This document shows, in pieces, positions 52,476 to 64,000 of a DNA stretch of 64,000 nucleotides. The translations under genes and the position numbers were made by a program. Under the pieces are notes generated by a model that did not search any database, was not told where the DNA came from, and worked only from the letters and a program-made list of their open reading frames with translations. The stretch is from Octopus vulgaris (taxonomy: Eukaryota), in NCBI GenBank assembly GCA_951406725.2, contig OX597814.1, positions 209,684,001 through 209,748,000 of the forward strand, in the 5' to 3' direction. Positions within the stretch are counted from its first letter, which is position 1. Each line of letters opens with the position of its first letter.

Positions 52476-53255
52476 CTAATATAAACATATGTATACATCT
52501 TCACATATATATTTTCTTCTACTACTAAGCACTGACCTGTCCAACCACCCAAATTCCTAAATTCTTCATTCCATACTACTACCCCTCTCTCTGCCCCATC
52601 ACTTAGACTCTATTATTGCACAACTGACACTCCTTTACTTTTTATACCTCTCTCTCTATCCCTCCCCCTCCATTCCTCCTATCTTTTTACACTCTAATAC
52701 CTTTCTCTCTCTATCAGACTTATCTTCCCATTCCTACTTTCTTGCCATTACTATCTCTATCCTTGTTTTCCTTCTTTTTACTTTCTTTTCTTTATTCCTC
52801 TCTTCCTTATATTCTTCTTTTCTCTTTTTCTCTTTTTTTCTCTTTCTTTATTCTTCTCTTCCTGTTTTCGATTTTACCTTACTAATACATTCCCTACTTT
52901 TTGGACACCTTAAATAAAACCCTTGATTCAATAACACTATGTATAAACTCTATACTTCGAATAACCAGTTTTAAATACTATTGGATTTTACTCATAGGGT
53001 ATTGAAATCTTATATGTATACCATTCTGCCTAAATAATGGATCTACAAATACAATATCCCTGCATATCTCACATCTATTTTCATTCCTGCACCTCTATTT
53101 CGTATCTTATCTAGATTAACTATTGCTTAACTATCTGCTCACACTATCCCCGATGAAGGAATATAATAATTATCCTAGAAACAGCTGTAAGACCTATTTA
53201 TGTTCTAAAATCTACAGAATCTTGTTTTTATATATCTCAATACGGAAGAATTTAT
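49590..53255 (+). mobile_element. Naiad-type Penelope-like element, decayed (RT + GIY-YIG ~49590-52110, long 3' UTR, terminal hammerhead)
   Basis: YNLKSYKNPP, SDKAGNMY, LKNHKKDF, RLICPTKSDLG, YLQFDITNYYS, FDITMESSDSVQATDLVG, GGLYRDD, CNCR..CPL..C, VIYKG..IYIGST and TCKICLKE. Many stops and frameshifts. Confidence 0.92.
53147..53192 (+). ncRNA. Hammerhead ribozyme (one core substitution) in the 3' pLTR of the PLE
   Basis: tcc CCGATGA agga-atataataatta-tcct aGAAAC agct GTA aga. Confidence 0.7.
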
Positions 53256-53578
53256 ATATATATATATATATACTTATACTCAATTTTGCTTGTATAATTC
53301 ATTTAAGAGCATGATTTACAATAGTAGACTTTCAGGCATAGTGTGTCGATACGTAAATCTGTGTATATGTGTAATGTGCTCTTCGCACCTTCTTTCTCTG
53401 TATGTGTATATACCTCTCTTGGTATGTGTCCTATCGGTTTTAGAGTTCGGTCCCACATCAGAAGATAAATTTATTTTGGAACCTGCAACATGGTACAATT
53501 TCAATTCTCTTGTATATCTTGTCATTTCGTGTGTTGAGTATATGTGTGGGTGTGTGTTGCATATATGTGAGTATGTGT

Positions 53579-53661
<83 letters not shown>

Positions 53662-54287
53662 TTATATTTATATATATATAAAATACAAATATATATGCTC
53701 ACACACATACGCCCGTGCACACACACATACACACACACCGACACACAAGTGTATATACATGTATATATGTGTCTCTCTACATACAAACATGTCCATAAAT
53801 ATAAATCTTAGGCTACATATATTGGAGGGAATATATTTGTTCAGCTCTTATCTATTTTTCTGCAAGACACGTCAAACTCCAGTTTGAATGTAATTTCCTG
53901 GCAATATACAGAAACGTTGAATTTCTATTTAAAATCATCCCTTTAATATTTCTAGAAGAACGTAATTATTTCAGTAGCAGTGGCCTTCTTATGATATCTC
54001 TTTATCGTGGCATCTTTGACAATTTAACGTCTTAATCCCATATGAACTAACCTTGTCATATTCTCTGGTGTAATTACAACATTTAACGTAGACATATTCC
54101 TTATATAATATTCTAATTCAACATGGCAGTCTATTCTGTGCAGAATATTTAGGGATCTAGCAATGTACATTGATTTACATATTTAATCAAAAAGCGTTAG
54201 GCACATACGTATTCGTGTATTCGTCTGCAGGTCTTAGTCATTGTACTGCAGTTATGTTATACACACACATGCTCGTATATATATATA

Positions 54288-55427
54288 CTAGCATTAAAGA
54301 CCCGTCGTTGCCGGGTCATAGTGCTAATGCATGTATATATATGTATATATGTGTACATATTACATGTACATCTATATATATACATCTACACATAAAATGC
54401 AAAATACAAAGTTATATCTTGATATCGCTAGTGATAACAATACTTAAAATATATAACAGACTGGAATTGCTAGCCCGTCTCTTGTAATTTCGATCAATTG
54501 CATCTTGTCCTCCCTCTTGTATAGAAGTGGGGCTACAATCCAGCCTACCTCTACTTCTGGGGGGAAGGGGGGGCATTTAATTTTTTTTCCGGGACGTCCT
54601 ACGTCCCAGATATAAAGGTAGAAATAAAATATTTCCACGTTGCAAGTTCGAGTCGAGTACTCCCTTGCACGCTCCGTTGACTCGAACCTTGCTTCTATTG
54701 TGGCGAATTTACCACCTCTGATTAGATACCTTTCATAGTCGCACCAAAACACTTTTCGAAGGTGCTTTCCTCCATGTGTTCAAATCTTCTTTTTTCTCTA
54801 CATTGTATACTTTATAGACAATAGTCTTTTCTTTAATTTAATTTTTTATTATCCATCTGGACTATTCCATTTCTGCACGCTAATTTTATTTCAATTTATT
54901 CCCATTCATGTGAAACCACTTACTCAAGTTCAAGTCATTGATGCAATTTTATACCAATTGCTATTTTTACTTTTGTTATGTTACTACATATAATTCAATT
55001 GTTATTATTATTTTTATTGTTAAAGTGAAAGTATTTGACATAAAATAGAGAAATGTTTTTGTTTCACTTTTAAAACGTAATACTGAAATAGTGGAGAAGA
55101 TATGATATTGCTATGGGCTCGCTCTATGCAAGAAGTTGAACATTTCTTTTTGCCCATGAGACTACATGAAACCTAAGTAAGGCATGTGTAAAATTTGAAT
55201 GGAATTGGTTGTGTAGTTCTCAAGTTTTAGGGAATCGTAGTGGAGAAGATATGATATTGCTGTGGGCTCGCCCTTGGCAAAAAGTTCAAAACTCTTTTTG
55301 CCGATGGCACTCCCCGGACCCGAAGTAAGGCATGTATAAAATTTAAATGAAATTGGTTGTGTAGTTCTCAAGTTTTAGGGAAACACACAGACAGACAGAC
55401 ACTTTCTCAGTTTTATATGTATAAAGA
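54288..55427 (-). mobile_element. Non-autonomous Helitron (~1.14 kb) with a 149-bp internal tandem duplication and a coding-like insert
   Basis: Minus 5' end A|TCTTTATACATATAAAACTGAG. 3' hairpin GACCCGGCAACGACGGGTC then CTAG|T. Duplication units start at 55089 and 55238. Confidence 0.78.
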
Positions 55428-55439
55428 TATTATGTATGT

Positions 55440-55511
<72 letters not shown>

Positions 55512-55534
55512 CACACACACACACCACACGAATA

Positions 55535-55574
<40 letters not shown>

Positions 55575-55579
<5 letters not shown>

Positions 55580-55700
55580 AAACAAACAATTGTATTAGTA
55601 TGGCGCTCAGGAATAGAAATGAAACAAGTCTTTTACGTTTCGAGCCTACGCTCTTCGACAGAAAGATACACAGAAAAGAAACAAGGAGAGAAACAAGGAA
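55575..55700 (-). mobile_element. PLE pseudo-LTR remnant with minimal hammerhead-like motif (55630-55665)
   Basis: Minus strand reads cttt CTGTCGA a GAGC gtag GCTC GAAAC GTA aaag. Confidence 0.6.
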
Positions 55701-55963
55701 AGAAAGATAATATATGAGAAAATAAAACGAAAGGGACAGTTTATACGAACAAATCCAAGGTTAAAAATGTATAGACGTCGTGGTATATTTTAAGGATTTC
55801 ACATCAATAACAAAGTCACTTTGATCCGTGAAGTGCAGCCAGAAGGTACGTGTCCTTAGAGGTAAAAAAATCCAATTGAGAGGTAGTGGTAGTGGTAGAA
55901 TATAGGATAAAAGTGAGACCACGTGAGCGCGTGATATATAACGGGAAGGTTTATATATATATG

Positions 55964-55994
<31 letters not shown>

Positions 55995-56440
55995 TACTCT
56001 CTCACTCTTTCGCTTGTTTCAGTCATTTCACTGTGGCCATGCTGGAGCACCTCGCTTAGTCGAGCAAATCAACTCCAGGACTTATTCTTTGTAAGCCTGG
56101 AACTTATTCTATCGGTCTCTTTTGCCGAGCCGCTAAGTTACGGGCACGTAAACACACCAGAATCGTTTGTCAAGCGATGTTGGGGGACAAACACAGACAC
56201 ACAAACATATACGCAGACATATATATATATATATATATATGTACATATATATATGTATATATATATATACATATATACGACGGGGTTCTTTCAGTTTCTG
56301 TCTACCAAATCCACTTACAAGGCTTTGGTCGGCCCGAGGCTATAGTAGAAGACACTCGCCCAAGTTGCCACGCAGTGGGACTGAACCCGGAACCATGTGG
56401 TTCGTAAGCAAGCAACTACCACACCGCCACTCTTACGCCT
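55995..56440 (-). mobile_element. tRNA-derived SINE family A
   Basis: Homologous to 45632-46050. Confidence 0.9.
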
Positions 56441-56481
56441 GATACTTACCGCACGGGCACTCCTACGACTCTCCCTCTCTT

Positions 56482-56556
<75 letters not shown>

Positions 56557-56591
56557 CATACATTTTATTTCGCCTAGCAAATTATTTTCAA

Positions 56592-56730
56592 CCAAAACTT
56601 GACTCTAAACCACATTAAATGTTCATACAGCACCAGGTAGTGTATGAACATTTAATCTGGTTTTAGAGTCAAGTTTTGGCTGCTATATCTAGCATGGTGG
56701 TATCTCTTATATACCCTTAATTATAATTTG
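56592..56730. repeat. Fold-back pLTR-like element, family of 9675-9935
   Basis: Arms 56592-56629 / 56641-56679. Shares ttttggct.ctat.tc.agc.tggtggtatctctta.atac with 9794-9835. Confidence 0.85.
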
Positions 56731-56766
<36 letters not shown>

Positions 56767-56946
56767 GTATATAATAATAAATATTAGGGAATGAATCCAA
56801 ATTACAGGGAAAAATCAGATTTAGGGTTAAATCCAATTTATAGTAAAATATTATATAATATAATTCGAGACAAAACCACTATTTTAAAACCAAACAAGGA
56901 AAGACTTAATCAATACATAAAATTTTAATATAAATTAAATAAACCG

Positions 56947-56990
56947 CCACTACAAATGTTTCATGTCTGCTACCGACAATCTTCAGGTGG
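56947..56990 (-). ncRNA. Minimal type I hammerhead ribozyme in the PLE 3' pLTR
   Basis: Minus strand reads ccac CTGAAGA t tgtc-ggtagca-gaca t GAAAC attt GTA gtgg. Confidence 0.88.
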
Positions 56991-57609
56991 ATTTTCGATC
57001 TAAAAATAGCAATATTTTAAAATATAATTTAAAATAATTTAAAATAATAAAACAATAAAATTATCAATGAAAGAATGTAAAAAATAAAAATATAATCTAT
57101 ATATAATCTATATATAATCTATATATAATCAATATATAATCTAAAATAATCTAAAATAAACCCTATAAACAATTGAATATAAAAACCTATTATAAAAGTT
57201 CTCATATTTAAAAATGTACAAAAACCAAAAAACAACAAGCAAAAAATCAAAAACAAAAACCAAAACCTAAAAACAAAAAACAAAAAACAAAAAACAAAAA
57301 ACAAAAATAAACTATATATACACATACATGCTCATACACTCAACACATTACTTATTCATACTTCCTCACACACACATACAACACTCAATTCATAAACAAT
57401 ATACATATACCCGCTCACACATACATATACATACACATACATACAGAACACGATATATACCAATATATAAACACCCACACCCATACAGATAAATAAATTA
57501 CGCAAACAATCACACACACACACACACACACATTTTCACACATACATAAACACTCAAAAGAAAACCGAACAATTCTTAGCACGTGGATATCAAACATTTA
57601 AAAAAAATT

Positions 57610-60345
57610 ATGAATGGAAATGAAATCCATACATTCAAGTATAAATATAACTATACAAACCCTAACACAATACACACAAATACACACACATATATACACA
57701 CACCCACAAACATAACCATATACACACTCACACATACATATACATACGTACAAGTCCCGATACAAACAAACTATAATAAAACAACCATAAAAAACGAAAA
57801 CTCATATATATTAATATATATATAAAAGAGTGTGTACACGCAGACGGGTGCAATCACACGCACATTCAAAACTTACATATATACAAGTGCATAAATAATC
57901 ACACCCAATTACATAGCACTCATACACTCCCACATCTACACTTACACTTGTACACTCTCACACATACATACACACCCATACCTACATACAAAAATTCTTA
58001 GTAAAATAATCATGATAAATAAAATCCATACATACAAGTATAAATATAAAGATACAACCCATTACACAATACACATAAATACACACACATATATACACAC
58101 ACCCACAAACATAACCATATACACACTCACACATACAAATAATACGTACAAAACTCGATACAATCAAATACGCACACGCACACAAATTCACACATACATA
58201 AACATACAAAAGAAAACAACATCTCTACACATAATACGATATATAAAATACTCCATAAGAAATCAGATTATCATAAGTAACAAGATTAACAAAGGAGAAA
58301 AATATACATACCTTCTAATCAGTATCAAATTTTGAAGTGAATAACTTTATCCGTTATTACAATAAACAAAAATTGCGTTACCATGGAACCGAACATATAA
58401 AAATTATTAGCGCCGCGTAAAAGAGCGTCTTTAAAATTATGAATGGAATATAAAATTCTTAGCACGTAGTAAACAAACGTAAATTAAAAAATTATGAATG
58501 GATATACAAAACTTTCTACAAATTCTTTAAAAAACCCATAAAAAACGAAAACTCATATAGATATTAATATATATATAAAAAAATGAGTGTGTACACGCAG
58601 ACGGTTGCAATCACACGGACATTCAAAACTTGCATGTATACAAGTACATAAATAATCACACTCAATTACATAGCACTCATACACTACCGCATCTATACTT
58701 ACACTTGTACACACGCACACATACATACACACCCATACCTACATACAAAATACTTATTAAACTAATCATGATAATGAAGTCTATACATACAAATATAAAG
58801 ATAAAGATAAAACCCCATTCATACACAATACACACAAATACACACACATATATACACACACCCACAAACATAACCATATACACACTCACACATACATATA
58901 CATACGTACAAACTCGATATATACACTAATATTCATTCACACACTCAATAAAATATTAAGTAAATACAAAACAAAGAAATACCAATTAAATACTAACTAT
59001 AATTAAAGTCTAAACTATATAACTAAAAATATATATATGGTACTCTAAACTAAAAACAAATTAATCTACAGTAACCTTTAATAGGGGGCTATTAATTTTA
59101 TTAATTTATATATCATTTATGAATGAAATCCATACATACAAGTATAAATATAACTATACAACCCCTAACACAATACACACAAATACACACACATATATAC
59201 ACACACCCACAAACATAACCATATACACACTCACACATACATATACATACGTACAAATCTCGATACAAACAAACTTTAATAAAACGACCATGATAAACGA
59301 AAACTCATATATATATATTAAAATATATATAAAAGAGTGTGTACACGCAGACGGGTGCAATCACACGCACATTCAAAACTTACATGTATACAAGTGCATA
59401 AATAATCACACCCAATTACATAGCACTCATACACTCCCACATCTACACTTACACTTGTACACACTCACACATACATACACACCCATACCTACATACAAAA
59501 ATTCTTATTAAAATAATCATGATAAATAAAATCCATACATACAAGTATAAATATAAAGATACAACCCCTTACACAATACACACAAATACACACACATATA
59601 TACACACACCCTCAAAACATATACTCACTCACACATACAAATACATACGTACAAAACTCGATACAAGCAAAAACGCACACGCACACACATTCACACATAC
59701 ATAAAGATACAAAAGAAAACAACATTTCTACACATAATATGAATGGAATATACAAAACTTTCTACAATTCTTTAAAAAAACCATAAAAAACTAAAACTCA
59801 AATAGATATTAATATATATATATATATAAATGAGTGTGTACACGCAGACGGGTGCAATCACACAGACATTCAAAACTTGCATGTATACAATTGCATAAAT
59901 AATTACACTCAATTACATAGCACTCATACACTACCGCATCTATACTTACACTTGTACACACGCACACCTACATACACACCCATACCTTCATGCAAAATAC
60001 TTATTAAACTAATCATGATAATGAAGTCCATACATACAAATAAAAAGATAAAGATAAAATCCCTTTCATACACAATACACACAAATACACACACATATAT
60101 ACACACACCCACAAACATAACCAAATACACACTCACACATACATATACTTACGTACAAACTGATATATACACTATTATTCATTCCCACACTCAATAAAAT
60201 ATTAATTAAATACAAAACAAAGAAATACCAATTAAATACTAACTATAATTAAAGCCTAAACTATAAAACTAGAATATATACTTAGTACTCTAAACTAAAA
60301 ACAAATTAACCTAAAATAACCTATAATAGGGGGCTATTAATTTTA
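57610..60345. repeat. Hierarchical tandem duplication of RY-alternating sequence forming the PLE 3' UTR
   Basis: Two large units (~57610-59105, ~59118-60345). Block gagtgtgtacacgcagacgg occurs 4 times (57828, 58585, 59335, 59832) and acacaatacaca.aaatacacacacatatatacacacacc occurs 6 times. Confidence 0.9.
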
Positions 60346-61237
60346 TTTATCATGGAACCTATTATATAGGTAAAGTAATCTATGTCTACATTTTATTTTG
60401 CGCTCTTCACCTATATTAAGTAAATTATCATACTTATAAAATAAAATTTCTTTAAACTCATTAGAGCATAAATAACAACAATTCGCTCCTATAGTATATG
60501 ATTTAGTTTTACAAATTATTTCCCAATTTAAACTATAATTAATATTTTGTGATTTAATTCTCCAAATGTACTTACTAAGTCCAGTGGAGTTGATTAAGTT
60601 TTTATTTTTAAAAGAATTCATATGTTGTGCGATTCTTAATTTTATTTTAGAGGAAGTAGACCCTATATAAACCGCTTTTGGGTAATTATTCTTCTTAAAG
60701 TTATTATCATGTAATGTAACTATACATTTATACACTACATCTTTAATATCACATTTATTATTTAATTTACATTTAGATTTATCTCTACAAGTACAATTAA
60801 TATATGTCTTATCCTTATTATTATTATTATCAAATAATTTATTTTTATAAAAATTATTCAGTTTAAATTTATTAAATGAAGAAATAATGTTACCTACATT
60901 ATTAGTGGTGGAATAACCTACTCCAAAATTATCACTAGAGAAAATATTTTTATATTTACGATTATCTCTAATAAATAGTTCTATAATATCTAAAATCTCT
61001 TTGATAATATTCGTTTTTACTTGATCACCATAAGGAACTATTAACCAAATTTTATTCTTATTCACCTTATTATAATTGTCATTATTATAATTATTAAATT
61101 TAGAATTCTTCATATTATTAAAATTATTATCAGAATTATATTTATATACAGCATTTAAGGAATTATTAATGTTATTAATTTTATCCATATTATTATTATT
61201 ATTATTATTCAATTTATTTTTATTTTTATTTTTATTA

Positions 61238-61299
<62 letters not shown>

Positions 61300-62900
61300 T
61301 TTTTTTTTTTATTTTTATTTTTATTATTTTAATTTTATTTTTATTTTTAATTTTATAATTTCTAATATTTATACCACTAATACCAACAAAATTATAATTA
61401 TTATTATAATTATCTCGAAAATTATTTAAATCTATATCATCAATATTATAAAATTTAATATTCCTATTATAACCTGCCCCTCTAAGGGCCTCATTATAAT
61501 AAGTGGCATGTCTATTAAAAATCTCTATATCATAAGAGAGTAATGAAATACGTTTACTTATATTATTAATCAACGAATTTTTAATAGAATTTGGGTGATT
61601 ACTATTAACATTTATATACCTAAGGTTCTCATTAATTTTATGATATGGTTGTGTTTTACCTGTAATTAGATTAAAATTAACATCTAAGATAATTAACATT
61701 ATAATTCTCCTTATATATAGTAATACTTAAACCATATCTTTTAAAGAAACTATATAGTTTTTTCTTATATACTTCTAGATTCCTTTTAGTACAATTCTTT
61801 GTAATTAGTAGAAGATCATCTCTATATAAACCACCCTCTATCTTAAGATTTTCTAATTGGAGTTCAGATAAAAGATAAATACCTACTAAATCAGTAGCTT
61901 GTGCAGAATCTGGTGCTCCCATAGGTATATCAAAACAATCTCTAGTATCATTCCTAGCCCATAATTTATTTTTATATTTAATGAGCGATTTCCTAGCCAT
62001 TTTAATTACATTAACTTCTTCACGTGACATTCCCACTTTATTCATTGCGAAAATAAGTGCTTTATTAAACACAATTTCATTAATAGAAGAATAATAATTA
62101 TCTATATCTATTTGAATAAATTTAAAACGATTTTTATCTTTAATATTATTAAACCATCTCAATGTATTGTTATTACTAAACCATAATTTTAAATAATTAA
62201 GTTTATTTAATTTATTGATATATTTATCTAAAATAAATTTACTTAATTTACCTAAGTCAGATTTACATGGGCAAATTAATCTAACTTTAGGGTCTGTATA
62301 AAAATTATCTTTATGGTCTTTAAGAGTAATTCTGGGGTTCAAAGGTACATATGGTTCAGTTTTATTATCCAATTCATATTTTAACATTACTAATTTAGAG
62401 GCCTTATTAATATTATAAAGTATATCATCTGGAACAATTTTATATTTTTTAATTATTTCTTTCCCTAAAAGTTTATCATATAAATTAACATCTAATTTAT
62501 ATAAATTCCTAGTTTTATCAGATTGTACTATAATACCATCCATATTTCTCATATCTTTAATTTTAATTGCTAGGTTTCTTAAATATTCATTATTTCTATT
62601 TGGGTATTTATAGAATTCAATATTTTTTACTACCTTCCATATATTATCTTCTAGTAATTGTAATTCTTTATTAAATGGAGGTTCCTTTCTAGATTTAAAT
62701 TTAGAGGTAAAATTATCATTCCTACTATCATTATCATTAAATAAATAAAAATTATAGTAATAAGCTTTCCATTTAATTCTAGAAATAAAATCTTTAACAT
62801 TATTAATAAGTTTCAAAATAAATTCCTTTCTAGAAGGTATAGGAATATCTTTCAAAGATGAATCCCAAAACAGTGGTTCAATCTTACCTGTAAATTCCAT
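60343..62900 (-). pseudogene. PLE polyprotein (~850 aa): reverse transcriptase + Asn/Lys-rich linker + GIY-YIG endonuclease, two frameshifts
   Basis: RLICPCKSDLG, FIQIDIDNYYSSI, FDIPMGAPDS, GGLYRDDLL, LDVNFNL, SNHP, CTCR..C....C, VVY..VYIGST..R..QH, CYLC and CRH. Frameshifts near 61688 and in the T14 run near 61300. Confidence 0.93.
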
Positions 62901-63043
62901 AATTACGAAATTGAGGTATTACACTCAATATACAAAATTATCAATATATTAAATAATAATAAATATTAGGGAATGAATCCAAATTACAGGGAAAAATCAG
63001 ATTTAGGGTTAAATCCAATTTATAATATATATGTATACATACA

Positions 63044-63089
<46 letters not shown>

Positions 63090-63109
63090 CGTACATACAT
63101 ACATATATA

Positions 63110-64000
63110 ACCTCCACATCGTGCAAATGATGTATCGGTCACCGCGGTGCTGGAGAGGATAGAGTTTCAATGCTATAAGGCAGTCTCAATGATCATGATC
63201 AGTCATGCCCTTTATTCTTTTAGTCAATGACCTCTGAGGTGATTCAATTTTAGATATGTTTTGTATGGGGAGACCACAGGGGGCAACGGTATTCGAGATG
63301 TAGCTGTACAAAGGACGGGAAAAGAGGAATCATGGTATCTTGTTCTGTGGGCCGGAAGGTGCATAGGATATCCAGGAGCTCATCCTTCGACCTATATCGA
63401 CTTTATTGTTTGAGTGAGCACTCCAGCTGACTTTGTTATCAACAATCACTCTAAGTTCTCTGATATTATTAGATGCCCTGAAGGAAGAGAGTATGGTTGT
63501 TTCAGCATAGTCTTTCTTCCAAATTTTCACTCGTTTTAGTTGCATTTTCTTTTTGTCGGGCCATTGACTCTCAGCATGTAGATCAGAATGGAGTTCAGTT
63601 CGGTCTTCTTCTCCATTGATAATTTTCTGGAGCTTGGAGTCATCAACGAATATTTTTACTTTACTGTATTTTGTGACGCAAGAAAGGTCAAATATGTAGA
63701 CTATAAAGAGTAGCTAGCCCAAGACAGTAGCCTGAGGGACACCACTGGTGACTTTTGCTAGGCTTGAGTGGATTCCACCGATCACAATACTCAATCCAGT
63801 GTAGTAGTTTCCTACGGATTCCAACATTTGACAATTTTGACTGTAGGATATTATGGCCAGCTCTATCGAACGCTTTACTGAAGTCAAGATATATGACATC
63901 AGATTTCGAATCTGATCCCAAGGCTAAAAGGATATCATCGATAAGAGCTGTGTTGGACAGTCCCTGCCGCAGCGAAAGCCATGCTGGTTTGACATTAGGA
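63110..64000 (-). mobile_element. Decayed CR1-clade LINE RT (runs off the window end)
   Basis: QHGFR.GR, DVIYLDFSKAFDR, SGVPQATVLG, KIFVDDSKL and RELRVIVDNKVSWSAH. Confidence 0.92.

Larger units (their letters stand above)
56771..63024 (-). mobile_element. Near-intact Naiad-type Penelope-like retroelement with terminal direct repeats, inserted in (TA)/(TACA)n
   Basis: Identical 72-bp direct repeats at 56771-56842 and 62953-63024. RT + GIY-YIG ORF 60343-62900, hammerhead 56947-56990, microsatellites on both flanks. Confidence 0.95.

Noticed and set aside
57415-60197. Repeated His/Thr/Tyr-rich ORFs
   Set aside because: They derive from the RY-alternating 3' UTR duplication and show no domain signal.
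60343-62900. Selenoprotein-type Naiad (in-frame TGA plus SECIS)
   Set aside because: No in-frame TGA at Cys positions; the breaks are frameshifts. The TGA near 49979 in the other copy is best explained by CGA decay.
60343-62900. Mitochondrial insertion or group I/II intron ORF (AT-rich, GIY-YIG plus RT)
   Set aside because: Domain order, pLTR repeats and the hammerhead fit a Penelope-like element.

Overview
AT-rich, microsatellite-dense eukaryotic DNA. The SINE families point to an octopus (inference). I found no supportable host protein-coding exon, and most ORF-track entries are translated microsatellites. The window is almost entirely transposable elements. It holds one near-intact Penelope-like retroelement (RT + C-terminal GIY-YIG, Naiad-type, 56771-63024, minus) and two more decayed copies. 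It also holds Dong/R4-type RLE LINEs next to (AAT)n, CR1 and RTE fragments, two mariner relics, two non-autonomous Helitrons and four tRNA-derived SINE families. The most notable signal is a dense set of (TA)n-embedded non-coding elements carrying minimal hammerhead ribozymes. Two unrelated-looking ~470-510 bp units (14541-15198, 46731-47392) share the same architecture: conserved box, hammerhead, PSE-like box, partial direct plus inverted repeat. Many fold-back palindromes appear to be remnants of the same PLE-dependent system.
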